From assembly GCA_040357565.1 (NCBI GenBank), contig JBDODJ010000005.1: DNA of 64,000 nucleotides; one strand, written 5' to 3'. Both the position numbers and the translations under genes were made by a program. This document shows, piece by piece, positions 27,401 through 40,273 of the stretch. The number at the start of each line of letters is the position of its first letter. The first letter of the stretch is position 1. Source of the DNA: Cercozoa sp. M6MM (taxonomy: Eukaryota; Protista; Endomyxa: Ascetosporea). Under the pieces are notes generated by a model. That model was not told the DNA's origin and ran no database searches. It was given only the letters and a program-made list of their open reading frames with translations.

Positions 27401-27462
27401 GAGAGGGCAACACAGCGCGTGGGCGAAGTCGCAGGAAAGCTCAAACCGATATTTTGCCTTGT

Positions 27463-28793
27463 ATGCAAAACTCTCGCCGGGCCAGGCAACTCACGAGAAA
27501 TCTGTCTCAGTCGACGTTAGTGGGTTTGCGCTGGCGTTTCTTGCCCCCTGACAGACCTTCTGTTCCTCTTCGGAGCGTTCGACGCGACTTGGTAGCTGAA
27601 ACCACGAGTGCCACAGCCGAAGCAAGAACAGAACAAGAGAACCACAAACTTGAAGCGACCCTGAGTCGGTCGGATTCCACGGAGAATCCAACAACTTCAG
27701 ACGACGTGGCTAGAGAGTGCGGATTAAAGGAGATCGGAAAAGACGAGCTTGAAACACTTATCGCTGAGTGTCGGGATGCAGCGTTGCACACTGTGCTCGA
27801 GCAATGTGGTCCTGAGAAAGAACATGCTTTGCGGCAAGCAGCAGCACATATGTGGTGGAAGCGCAGTAGATCTCGATCGACTCTGAGTGATACGTCATCT
27901 GTGACGGGAAGCATCTCAGGCTGTGCCTCAGACGAGGAACTTGATGACATTGTTGAACGAGTGGACAGATCTCGCTCGCCTTCACCCGTTGTCATGTGGC
28001 GGCGGCGCTTTCAAGTGTACCGTTGTATCAGTGTTAGTTAATATCAGCTAAATGTTCTTCACGCGTTGTCGGCATAGATTGTGGTTTTGGGATTTTTTTG
28101 CGCAGAGAAATCGCAAAAGATGTCCCCATTGAACTCCTTACACAGGATGAGAAAATGTAAGTTTACACTCGCTGTCAGAATTGCGCTTCATCAAATGCCA
28201 ATTGTTTGTTGTGACGACAGAGAGTTAGATCAACACCTCTCTCAAGCGAATCATGCAGCAGAAATAGACGAAAAGTCAAACTATGGACCCCAACAGATAC
28301 GAAAGAAGAAGCCCGTGTATGGTGCTGAGTGGCAGGCACCTCCAAATACATGGCAACGAACCTATGACATCGCCGTGCAGAAACAAGAGTCGGATGGGTG
28401 CTGCGCGTTTTAAGTCACTCCATCCTCCTCTGTTTCTTGTGAAAAGTCCAACATACCTTCGTTCCATAACAGCAGCGAAGGAAAGGCCCCAATCTGCCGA
28501 CTCACAGCGAAAGAAGACAGCGATGAGTTGCGATCAAAACTGCAGCGCAGCTTTATCGCTCATGCCATGGTATTCCTCCTTCATACGCGCACGTGGATCC
28601 GGAGCGTAAATTCGCAAATTTTAATGTCGACGTTCTTTTTCAGCGAGCGTACGTAGCGAAAACGCATTCCAGCGTTCCACAGTGTCTCGAAGACGTTCCT
28701 GTCGTGCCAAGTGACGCTGGTTTGCAGGCAGTTTTGAAAGGAACCCCGAGTACTTTTTGTCTCAACTCTGCTGTACATGCGGCTATAAGTTAA
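27463..28793 (+). CDS. hypothetical Ser/Arg-rich protein
   Basis: 232-aa ORF at 27343-28041 plus downstream exon-like ORFs. Confidence 0.4.
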
Positions 28794-29146
28794 GCACATT
28801 AAACTTATCGTTTCATAGTGGCGGACTCTGTTAAGCGAACTGGTGGGAACGTTTTAAGAGTGCAGTTGGAAACGTCCTGAGTCCACTAGGTCGAACGACT
28901 ACTCTAAGTTATGAATGGCGCGTTACTCCAGTTGCCAGTTGCCCACACCAGGCAGGCTGCGCCATGTAGTTATCGCACACGTACGCTTACGATAGTAAAT
29001 TTACTCACGTCAGTTTTGCGTTGGTCAATCAAATCGAACGGAATTTTAATTGATTATAAATAACGATGGAATTCCGCCGCGCCGCGTCCCGTCCGTCAGC
29101 TTGGGAAACTGAACTGAAGGAAGCAACGCAACGAGCGAAAACCCAG

Positions 29147-29505
29147 CTATCCAACGAGCAGCTCTAAGACGATGATTATGACGTTGACAAACATGAGCAG
29201 TGCTACACGAATCAGCATGTGTACCCAGGCACAAGTAACAACAGTGAAGCAGGTATAAAGGAAGGTTACGCCTGGCAACAGTTCGAGCGGCAAAGAGAAC
29301 GCCCACGAAACGGGCCTTGGCACTGTGGTCGTTCTGGTCCACTTGGTCCATGCCGTCTGAATACAGTCAGCGGAGTCAAATCAAACAGCAGGAAACATGA
29401 CCAGCAAAACATACATTTCTTGAGGAAGCGCTTCTCGTGCAGAATGGCGAGAGCATTGGCCAACAACACAAGCACCTTGATCAGCCCAAAAATGCTAAAG
29501 CCCAT
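29147..29505 (-). CDS. YOS1: Yos1/IER3IP1 ER-Golgi transport protein (2 introns)
   Basis: VLVLLANALAILHEKRFLKK|YG..AARTVAR|PLLMFVNVIIIVLELLVG*. Confidence 0.9.
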
Positions 29506-30404
29506 GATTGACGAGGGTAATTGCGTGTGCCTGCAAGTGTTAACTGCAATTACGTTACGATGAAGTAGACGAGACCTCCTGGGATTTCCGCGGTGCCACT
29601 TGACGATAAATTTTTTGATCAACTTTTGATTAAAGATGCTTCTTTGTTGAGATAGTTCCCGGTTCTCTCAATAAGGCCCTGCAGGCAAACTATCTGGGTT
29701 TACAAGGGGAGTGTGCGCGCTACGTCGAGATTGGGGTGGTGCAGTCGGCGAGATTGCTTGGAGTGGCTGCAAGTGCATCATGCGCGAAAAAGCCTCGCCG
29801 CACACGCTTGACAGGATCACGGCTCTGCATTCACGTACATCCAACAAACGTCACTGAACTTCAATGAATTCAAACGTACGAGAGCGAATAAGTCATAAAA
29901 AAGCGAATCCGCAGAATGCGACGCGTCTTGATACATCGCAGCGCACTGTTTGTAGCGTCGAAGAGCTGGCATGCCAAAAAGCACTCCCGTGCAAGCTTTG
30001 TTCTGGTTAAACTAGCAGTACATGAAAGGCCTGGAACATGGCAAAGTGTGTCAGCATGAAGGCGTTGCACGCAGTAAACAGCAGCAAGACAAGGTCCGAC
30101 GTCACCATTCCTGCGTGCAGCATGGTCGGGAATGTTAAGTGTATTAAGGAAGGTACCAGTAGGGTAGGGAACTAGCTGGCCAGCCTTGCGAATTGTAGCA
30201 CTATGCTCTGTCCAAGGACTCTTATTTAGGTGCAGCGACACCTAAGTATTATACATGAGGAGTGCACGTTTCAAAAGTCAATGTTCAACTAAAATTCAAA
30301 ATCGAGGTAGCAAAAGTACTCCCATAAGCACGATGAGAAAGAAGGCAACGCACAGTCCCGTCATGAAGGTTGTTGGGGAAGCTCTTTGTCTAACAGCATT
30401 AGAC

Positions 30405-30440
<36 letters not shown>

Positions 30441-30540
30441 NNNNNNNNNNNNNNNNNNNNNNNNNNNNNNNNNNNNNNNNNNNNNNNNNNNNNNNNNNNN
30501 NNNNNNNNNNNNNNNNNNNNNNNNNNNNNNNNNNNNNNNN
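30441..30540. other. assembly gap of 100 N; other gaps at 10119-10128, 15420-15429, 53870-53879, 60113-60212 and 62317-62416
   Basis: N runs, each flanked by a dinucleotide repeat or a poly-C run. Confidence 0.99.
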
Positions 30541-30627
30541 CCCCCCCCCCTTATCCCCTTCACCCCTTCTTACCTCCTTTTTTACCCGCGTTCTTACCCC
30601 CCTCTTACCCTCCTCCGTGCGTACAGT

Positions 30628-31967
30628 CAAGCACACGTCGCTACACCCGTCCCGTGTGCTGCTGATTCGAAATGCCTCCATGCACGAGCAGGTCGATGTC
30701 ATGGTAGGCTTTGCCCCAACAGCCCCCTTTACCCTCTTACCCCCTTAATTCTCCACTTAACCCCCCCTGGTCCACTAACGGTGTGCACAGTCCTTCGTGC
30801 AAGCGGACTTTGTGATCGTGTCGGAGCGCTACTTGCGTAGCGTGAGCTACGTGCACCTCTGCGGTGGCAGTCCGTACCCTCCCTCTCCTCTATCTATCTC
30901 GACATATGCATATGTATATATATATGTGTGTGTGTGCAGTACTGCCCCAGTGGGTCACTCGGCTCAGGCCAAGATTGATCACATGCGTCCGCCTTTTGGA
31001 ATCTTCCACTGTACGCATGTTTTTGCTTTTGCGACCCGAGGATACCAGTTAATCCTCTCCCCATTTTACCCCCTTCCACCCCTCCCCTCCACCCCCAGTT
31101 ATGCTAACTTTGCTGAACCACACCACAGACCGTCGCATCGTGTTCGACGAGTCGCACGAGTACCTCTCGCGTGTCGCTCGGCGTGTCGACACTTGGAGGT
31201 GCGTTCTTTGCCACCCTTGTGACCCCTTTTTACCTCCCCTGTTACCCCTCCCCAGTGCGGACCACCGCTGGCTCATGTCGGCGACGCCGTTCGCTTCGCC
31301 CAACGGCGACTGGCGCTTCATTCGTATGTTGAAGCGTGGAGGGGTAGAAGGGGGTAAGGCGGGTAAGGGGGCTTGTGTGCAGTGCGCACACTGGACATCC
31401 GCATCAACGGCAAGCCGCTGGGTCGCGTGCACCACCACAGGGACTGTCCACGTGGAGTCAACTTCACTCACGATGACCTGGTAGACACAATTGCTGTTCT
31501 GTTCAGCTTCTCTCTCATATGTGGGTGTGTATGTGTATATGTACAGTCAACATACAACATGAACGGTTCCGATGGAGGTGCCTGGTGGCGCAACGTGCTC
31601 GATCACTTGGTCGGTTTCCTCTGTTGTTCGAGAAGGGATTATGGGTCAAGGGTGTGTTGTTTCAGATCATGCGACGCCACCTGTTCTACCGCAACACGTT
31701 CGACAGCGTCACTGGCGAGGACAACCGTCCCTCGGTAAAGCAGCACGTGCTGCTGGTGTCGCTGCTGGACGAGGAGAAACTCCTGCTCGAGTGAGTCGTT
31801 TTTGTTCTTACTGACTGTGTCACTTTGTGAACGTGCCTGTGTGTATGTGTGTGTGTGTGTGTGTGTAGTGCGTGTTTCAACAACGAATTGCGTCTGCGCG
31901 TGTGTACTCATCCGGCCGATGTTGTGGCCAACGTGGCTGCTGTGGTAGCCTCTTTTTGTCGACACTC

Positions 31968-32054
<87 letters not shown>

Positions 32055-34116
32055 ATCACTCAAGTCAATGAGTGATCCTCGGCCAGGACGACGAGGAGGT
32101 TGTGATCCCGGTCGGACAAGAGGACCTCGCCTCGGTGGCGATGCGCTTCGTGCCGCGTGCGCGTGCCACGCTCCGCAACGCCTTTATGTCGTAATCATAT
32201 TATATATAATGTATATATATGTATAATTTGTATGTGTGTACAATACGCGCACCCCTCTGTCTCTTCACTGGGATGTTTCTTTGTGCATGTGGCCAGTCAA
32301 GAGGAAATTCTGCGTATTGAACGCGCGATCAATCGACTGAGCATGTACTGTAGATTCTATCCCCCCCCCCCCCGTTTCCCACCTCACCTGGAGTCTCCAC
32401 ACGGTGCACACGAAACAGGGAGGCACCGCGCATGGATCGCGAGCTTCGTTCGGGTAGACTGATTTAAAAATCGAGGTTTCCACTTGTGCATGTTTGTGTC
32501 CCATTTTGTGTGTGCAGTGAAACAGCTGCTGGGCTCTTCTTCGGAGGCCTCGCGTCGTGCACTGCTGACTGACATGTGTACTTTGAGCCATTGAGGCCAC
32601 TTTACCCCTTGTCCCTTGTCCCTTGTCCCTTGTCCCTTGTCCCTTGTCCCTTATCCCTTGTCCCTGATCTCGCCTTGAGGCAGCCGAGTCAGGCGAGGCA
32701 GGCATCATGCGAGCGCTGCGACTGCGCGTTGGATCCAAGTACTGACTGACCCTGTTTGACCCCCCCCCGATGGACCCTCTGGAGACAGTTTGATCTTGAC
32801 AGGTTCGCCACGGTGGCACGTGCTGTCACTCAACTGCTCTACCCGTACATTAACCCTACCCTACCCTACCAAGGTCGACTTGTATTGCGTGTCTCCCTTG
32901 CTTAGTCCTGATGTCGAAGAAGGAAAGCCGCAAGGCACTGACTCTGCTGATGCTGTCGGTATGTGTCCTTGGGAATGGGGGTAAGATGGGGGGGTAAGAT
33001 GGAGGGTAAGGTTTGTGATACTGCATCCTGCTGGCACAGTGGAGGCAGAGTCGTTGGATGACGATGAACGCACTCCCAAGTACACGCGCAAACCAAAGCA
33101 TGCGCGTGGGTACCGACTCCTCCCCTTCAAACCAATATATCCATGTTGCATACACACACCCACTGTCTTCCCTTCTCTACCTTTCCCTACCCCTGCCCCT
33201 TTGCAGTGAGATCAAGATGACCAAGACGCTGCCGGTGCCGGAAAAACCGGCGCGTATCATTGTGTAAATCAAGCTCTGGGTCCACTGGTTTTTGAGGTGT
33301 CTCTGTGGCATGCCTATTGATGCAGTTTTTCGCGCTCGGATGACTCGCTACGTCGCTACAAGGAGGTATTTGTCAGAGCATGTGTTGGGGTGTGTACTAT
33401 GTCTCGTGTGTGTGTTTGGGGCAGGTGTTCGCTCAGTGCGGCATCCAATCTCTACAGATCGGACCCAACCCAGGTACGGTGGCAGGCAGGCAACTTGCTT
33501 TGTGGTGTCTCGAAGAGGAGCTTTTGTCACTTTGCACAGCTGCCTGGGTCGACCGAGTCGTGGCCTTCCGCAAGGACGTGCTGCTCGACCCGAGTGGTCA
33601 GGAGGTACCCCTTTCCTTGTTTTGCCTCTGCCTGTGTTGGTGTGCATGCGTGTGTACTATCGTCTGTATAGTACCCTCGCGTGTTGCTCATGAACTTCCG
33701 CAACTGGGCCGGTGGTTGGTAGGTTTCGCCTTTGGGGGTCGCATGTTGCCTGTGTGGCAGTCAGTGAGAGCATTTTGTGAATGCCTTTTATGCGCAGTGA
33801 CTTTGGTATGACGACGCACATGCTGCTGATCGATGCCGTCGACGGCAGTGCCGAGCAGATCCTCGCCAAGGAGGCGCAGGCTGTACGCTCTCCTTTGTGA
33901 CTCAGCAAGCTGTGGTGTGTATTTTAACGCAGATTGGTCGCGCCCGCCGACAGCGACGCGACAAGAGCGACGACGTCACATGTCTCCGCTTCGTATGCGA
34001 GAACACTATCGAGCAGGAGCTGTTTGGTACCGCTCTTTGCACATAATTGATGTGTATTGTGTATTTTGTGCGTGCCTTGTGCAGAACTGGCGCACGGTGG
34101 CAAGACCACCGACTGA
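30628..34116 (+). CDS. SNF2-family (RAD5/RAD16-like) helicase/ATPase; 5' part lost at the N gap
   Basis: RIVFDESHE (motif II), RWLMSATPF (motif III), RIIVFSR (motif IV), QIGRARRQ..LRFVCENTIEQE (motif VI). Confidence 0.75.
32605..32665 (+). repeat. intronic (CCCTTGT)n heptamer tandem repeat
   Basis: About 8 units seen directly. Confidence 0.9.
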
Positions 34117-34324
34117 AGCCACGGCGAACTGGACGTTGTACATACAGACTCGACTGACAATGTCTGAAGTGCCGCTGGGATCCCATGTAAAGACTGACGT
34201 GAACTACGCTAACGTAAGAAACGCGACGCGAGAAACTAGATTCGACCCGTCAAGTACAAACGAAACGAAATCCGCTAACGCTGAACGGAACAGAAACCGA
34301 AAAATGCGATTCTAGCTCGGCGAA

Positions 34325-35574
34325 TCAGTGCTGCAGCTCGGCCAGCAGAAGCGCCGCCAGACGAGCGACGACAGTGACACCGGCGGCCAGCGTGCCCGGG
34401 TAGGTCGACACGTACAGCTTGGCTAGCTGCGACAGGTACTGCGTGTACACCTTGCCTGCCAGCTTGCTCTCGCCGTAGACGCGATCTTTGAACACGATCG
34501 GCACTTCTGCTCAAGCAGAGGCAGGGGTAGGGATGAAGAAGAGCAGGGGTCTATGTACGGGTACCAGTGCAGCGACTGGCCGGTACACGCGCACGCACAT
34601 TGAGTTCGAGACCGATCTTGAAGCCGGTGGCATTGACGCGCGTGGCACGTCGCACGGCGTGTCGCGGCATGGCGAAGAAGCCGCTCATCGGGTCCGACAG
34701 CACCGGCACCAGCGGTCGCGCCAGCAGCGTGGCGCCCTTCGAGATCACGTAGCGCAGCATCGTGTGCTCCGAGCGGCCGCCGGCAATGTAGCGCGAGCCC
34801 AGCACGAACTCATGTCGGCCCGACTGAATCGCGGTGAACATGGCCGGCAGCGTCTCGGGCGGGTGCGACAGGTCGGCGTCCATGCACTGCAGCACGCTGT
34901 ACTTGCTCTCGGCAAAGCCGCGCATCACCGCACTGCTCAGACCGCGCTCGTTCTTGCGCACAATGATGCGCACCGGCACCTGCGCACATTTCAACATCTC
35001 ACAACCCTCGTAGCAAAGCACAAATCTCGACAGTCCTTTCGAAGCAAAGTACAAGTCTAAAACAACTGCTCAATCAGCGAAACACCAGCGAAAGCGAGCA
35101 GAAACAGCGAGAAACAGTGAGAGTGAGTCAAACCTTGTCCTCGTCGGCAAGCTTTCGAATCACATCGACGGAGTTGTCGGGCGAGTTGTCGTCAACGACA
35201 ATGATCTCGTGCGCAATGTTGGCGTCGGAGAGAGACTTGTGCACGCGCGTGCAGAGTTCCTTGAGGTTACCCTCCTCGCAGTAAGTCGGAATCACCACCG
35301 AGACGCCTTCGGGCGCCTCCTCGTCCTCGCTCGACTTCTGCGCGGCGGCGTACTTGGAAATGAGCGAACGCTTCTGGCGATGGAACTGCGCCACATCGAG
35401 CAGAATGGCCGGAACAAGCGCAAGCAGCACGAACACGATGAGTCGCGTGCACTCGCAGAGCTGCTCGGGTTGCTTGACTCCCATAAAGCCGAGCAGCTCG
35501 CTCACCGTCGCCGGCTGCAGCAATGACACCATCGCGACGCTAAGCGCCGCCGAAAACACACCAGAAACGTCCAT
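34325..35574 (-). CDS. DPM1: dolichol-phosphate mannosyltransferase (GT2) with an N-terminal membrane extension and a hydrophobic C-terminus
   Basis: VSVVIPTYCEEGNL, IIVVDDNSPD, GLSSAVMRGF, MDADLSHPPE, FVLGSRY, SDPMSGFF, EVPIVFKDRVYGESKL. Confidence 0.88.
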
Positions 35575-35739
35575 CTATGCCGTTACACACGCCGAAACCT
35601 GTCGTATGTTTGCGGCACACGCACGATTTGCCAGCGTGGCTCTGTTTTATGTTGTTTTAGAAAAACCGGCGTTCCGAGAATTGCTGCGTTCTCTTGGGAT
35701 AGGCACCGGCGATCATCTACGCGCTAAACTAGCGCACAA

Positions 35740-38079
35740 ATGATATGTCTGTGGCCGTGGTTTGTATTGTTAGTGATTGCGAGTGGTCACAACAATGAAA
35801 CGACAGCAGCGACTGAGGCAGCAGTCCTCGAGTTGCAGGCTCCACCAAGTCTGCATGAGCGCTACCAGGGTTTTTATAGCTTTACGTGTTGCTTGTAATT
35901 GCATCGATGTCATGACTGTGTAGTGACAAGGCCGGTACAGTCACAGTTGCGGTTTTTCCGCACGCGTTTCCTACCGGCACCAGAAGGTAAATGTTGCGCA
36001 TGCATGAGCAGTATGTCTGACTGCGTCCACGTGAGCAGGCGAAGGCGAGACAAAACAAGTGGCGCTACGCAGTACACAAGAAAACCTCGTGTTGTGGACG
36101 CAGCATGCTGATGTACCCCACAGACTGTGTGTCAGTATACAGTGACATGAGCGACATGAGCAGATCGATGCACTTCCGGCGGACGTGGTGTTGTCGCTGC
36201 CTTCGCCATCGCAATCTGTGTCGACAGCTTCGATCTCTGCTTCGGCCTTTGCGCTGAGTGCATCGTCTCTGCACGCACGCTTTAATACTGGCAGTGTACT
36301 CTGTCTGTTCTAGTACAATGCACATGTGTATGCATGTACGTGTGTCTTGTTTGGTGTAGTTGTTCGCACGCGGTGCCACAGCGACAGTGTTCCATGCCAG
36401 AGGAATCACTGTGCCAGGCGACTATATTGTCAAACGCATGGAGATGTCGCATACCACGGCGCGCTGTGCTGCCCGTCGCGAGATCTACTTTGGCCAATTG
36501 CTTGCCGACGTTTCCGGGTACATGGGCATACGTTTCTGGTTCATGCTCAGTCTGTTTGCACTGTACATTTAGTCAAGTGTAGAATAGCCAAGTTCATTGA
36601 GAGTTTCGAGACGGATGACGTCGTCTTCTTGGTGTTCAAGGACGAGGGCGCCTCGCTGTCCTCGCTCATGTACTCAGTGGACGCGGCCTCGCAGGGCGGT
36701 ACTCTGCCGCTCCTTCTGTTGATGTTTGATTGCAGTCTTGACAGAGAATATATAAGTACAGGAGCAACCGTGTCACCTTCATCAATGTGGCTACAGTGGC
36801 GACTTGGGCATGTACAGTACCGTGCAGTTTTGTACACAAGCACCACACGAGTATCGCCTCTTGCGCAGGATGGGCTCGAATTGCGATCGATTGCGTTGCA
36901 GTTGCTGTATTGTGCTCTTACTTTTTTACACCCTGTCTCCCTTGGAATCACACTGTTTGCTTTCCAGACAAGCATTGGAGTTGCTGCACGCACAGGGCAT
37001 CGTGCACCGCGACATCAAGCCGAGCAACGTGTTGTACAAATCGCCAGGTGTCGTCTCACTCGCCGATTTTGGCAGTGCCATCCACGTGTCACATGTAGCC
37101 CCCTGCCTTCCCCCAACTGCCCTGTACCCACTTACCTAGCCTGCTTCTCGCAGTTTCTCCAGTCGAAGCGAAAAAAGCGACGCTTCTTTTCGTCGGGCGA
37201 GCCCTCACTGGCAGACCTGACATGGCAGTACGCGGCGCCCGAGGTGGTGCTGCACGAGGCGGTGGACACGGCACGCGCCGTGCAGGCGACGCTGCTGCCG
37301 TCCTACGATGTGTGGTCGCTCGGCATCACCTGTACTGCCGCTGATTCTATGCATATTGTCTCGAACTGAGTGAGGAATCAACTGGCTGACTGAGTGACTG
37401 TACGGTTTGTGTGTGTGATCAACCAGTACTGGAATTGGCACTGGGCACGCCCTTCGTACTGCAGGTGGACGCCAAGACTGGCGCCATCTGCGATGCTCAC
37501 ATTGACTCCATCGCCAACAACGTAGGTTCTTCTTATAAGTGGCTGTTTTACTGAAGGAAACTATCTAAGTCAAGGATACTTTGCTGGTACATATCAGGTG
37601 CCGGAGGAGGAGAAAAAGCGCGCGAAAAAGACGCTGCGTTTCGTCGCGGCTTTGATTCAGTTGTACCACTGTTTTACCTCCTTTACTCATAACCCCCTGT
37701 TGCTCTCTGTTACTCCTGCCAGCAGGTGCGTGGTGAGGTATGCCGAGCGCGGCGTAAGTCAGGCAGAGCTGCTACAGCGACTGGCTAAGCCTCTGCGTCA
37801 GCCGTGTCAAGACGGCACACAGTACCCCCCCCCCCCCCCCCCCCCCTGTCGTGCGTGCGTGTGTGTGCGTGTGTGTACTTAGGCGGAAATGTGTCTATCT
37901 GTTTGCTTGATAGATTTTCGATAGTAATGCGACAAATCGATGTGCTGAAACACGGCCTGTCCGACCGGTGGCACCGCGCCTTCTTGCAGCGACTGCTCGA
38001 GTTCGACCCGGCGAAACGACTCAGCGTACTGCGCTCACTATCTACCGCCTAGCTACAAATAAAGCTTGTTCACACACAC

Positions 38080-38149
<70 letters not shown>

Positions 38150-38282
38150 GCACACACACACACGTGGCACAGCGTCACAGTTGGTGTGTTGGCAGAGGTG
38201 TCGCGACAAAACGCAGCGCGCTGTCGTCACGCGTACGCACGACCGAGAGTCTGCCGGATCCGCTCATGATGCAGGGGAATAA
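35740..38282 (+). CDS. Ser/Thr protein kinase with a predicted signal peptide; resembles the kinase domain of the plant At3g63330 type
   Basis: FARGATATVF, YIVKR, REIYFG, FLVFKDEGASLSSLMY, HRDIKPSN, DFGSA, YAAPE, YDVWSLG, LLEFDPAKRLS; the end position is approximate. Confidence 0.85.
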
Positions 38283-38639
38283 TCGAGTCTACCGCACGGT
38301 ACCGTAGGTACCCGACCGGCGTACTAAACAACGCAATCATTCGATTCATTTCATTGATTGCGTTTGGTTTTCTTTTAGCTTTGATTTTTCGTTCACAGAA
38401 TCGAAGAGATATGATCCTAACCTTAATGAAGTACGGTAACGACAACTCATGTCGGCAAGCCGGAAGTTACATCGAGTATTTTTTTAGATATACGATCGGA
38501 GACTCTAATACGTGTGTACATGAAATCGCTCGCCCTGATCGGATACTGACGTGAGAGCCATGAGCGACTGCCCACAGTAGCAGCCGAGTTTCTACGGAAA
38601 CGGAACTTCTTTCTGACGGAGTGAACTCGCCAGCGCAGT

Positions 38640-40240
38640 TCAGAAACAAAACCGACACCCACCTGACTCACTGGCAGTCTTGCCGGTGTGGGACTTGAAG
38701 GAAAATTAGTAGTGCCGGATGTATCGCTGATGCGTGGGAGTGGGGAGCGGTGATGCCAAATCGAGTTGAAGAAAGTACTCGTCGACCACTGCACTGCCGT
38801 ACTTTTTTCGCAGACTGACAACGTAGAAAGCAACTTGACAATATTGAGCCTGCATGGTCAAAGATGTGAGAAAGTACCTTTTCACGCTGCTGCGTGTGAG
38901 ATTGCGCAATTCCTCGGCCATTGCTTTTCGAAGCTAAACTCACTCAAAAATGCCCGTGCGGTAACACCAAAAGCAACAACTAGGCATTATCCCGATCGTG
39001 TTAAATGTACCTGCGCTAACGCAGCACGTGCTCGGTCGCCTTTTCGCGTCGTTTTTGGGACGTCGGGGGCTCCTCCTGCATGAACAACGTGGTTGTATCC
39101 GAGATATAACCTAGGTGCCAGAGCACCACTGTTCAACTGATCGAGAAAGGGAGCAGTACCAGCAAGTCCGACGTCGTGAGTGTCAGCTTCGATACTGGCG
39201 CTGCAGGTATTGAACAATGGAACGATAGGTGCTCTCGTCGTCTCCTCCAGGCGCCGTTGTGTCCTCCTCTTCGCTTGTGACGTCCGTTGGACAGGGCTGG
39301 CACCATGACGAGCCTTGTCGTCCGGGGTTTCGTTCCAAAGCTTCTGGCCACTGATACTGTCTGGAAGATCAGCGTTCGGAAAGTCAAGGTCTGGAAATGC
39401 AGCGTCGGAAAGACCGGTATTAGGTCGCTGTTCATGATGTGTTTCCTGCTTTGACTCAAGTTTCGACTCAAGTTTCAAAGTGTCGATTTCAAACTGGACT
39501 GGATTATCTTGACGGTTTGAAGCAAATTTTGACGTGTCTGTGGACTCCTTTTCTTTGTGCAGATACGTGTATTGCAGACGTCGCTTTGCCGGTTCTTTTG
39601 GCGTGAGTCGGCTCACGAAGTACAGCACTATAAGACGAGTAAAACTCTAACAGGCAAGTGCCAAAGTATCAGCTCAACATAAAACTGCTGGTACAGATGG
39701 TGAAGACCAAGACAACAACGGCAACGCTGTGGACCGACTGCAGCATCGTTTTCCTGCTGATTCAATAATACAATCCCTGGCACGTGCCAAACCAACAGTG
39801 CAGGCCGCGATCAGCCGCAGACAACACTCCCAAATTCCGACAGAACAGCTAGACTGTGCTTGGTAGTAGCACGGCGATGCACCATCAAGCACTCCAAAGC
39901 AATCATTAGAAGTGCAACAACGCCAAAAAGCCAAAACGGTGTCGATAGCCAATCGGACCTTTTCTGTATTGTTCATTCGAATGGTCACACCGTGAAAACG
40001 GCTTTTGACTTGCAATCCCGTGGGACTTTGTTGCTTTGTAGGCGGCGTGAGACTGCACAGTGGAACAAAACAGTAAAGTCCTCGCGCCCGCTGACGAAGG
40101 CAGTCAGTCTGAGTGGCAACAAAAACGATTTTTCTGACACTGCACACTTCCAGAGCTGCTTGCGCAAGCAAGTTTACTCACTGAGCTCACTCTTGGCAGT
40201 ACGCCTGTGTGGCGTTGTGTCTGGGAATTGAGTCAGAGCA
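38640..40240 (-). CDS. hypothetical protein
   Basis: Minus-strand ORFs 39674-40171, 38987-39628 and 38706-38921 with plausible GT-AG joins. Confidence 0.4.
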
Positions 40241-40273
40241 GCGTCTCCACTTCAAAGTTTCGTTTTTTGCGGG

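Noticed and set aside
29640-30627. SNF2 helicase seemingly lacking Walker A (pseudo-ATPase)
   Set aside because: A 100-N gap of unknown true size lies directly upstream of the recognisable exons, so the missing motifs are probably in the gap.
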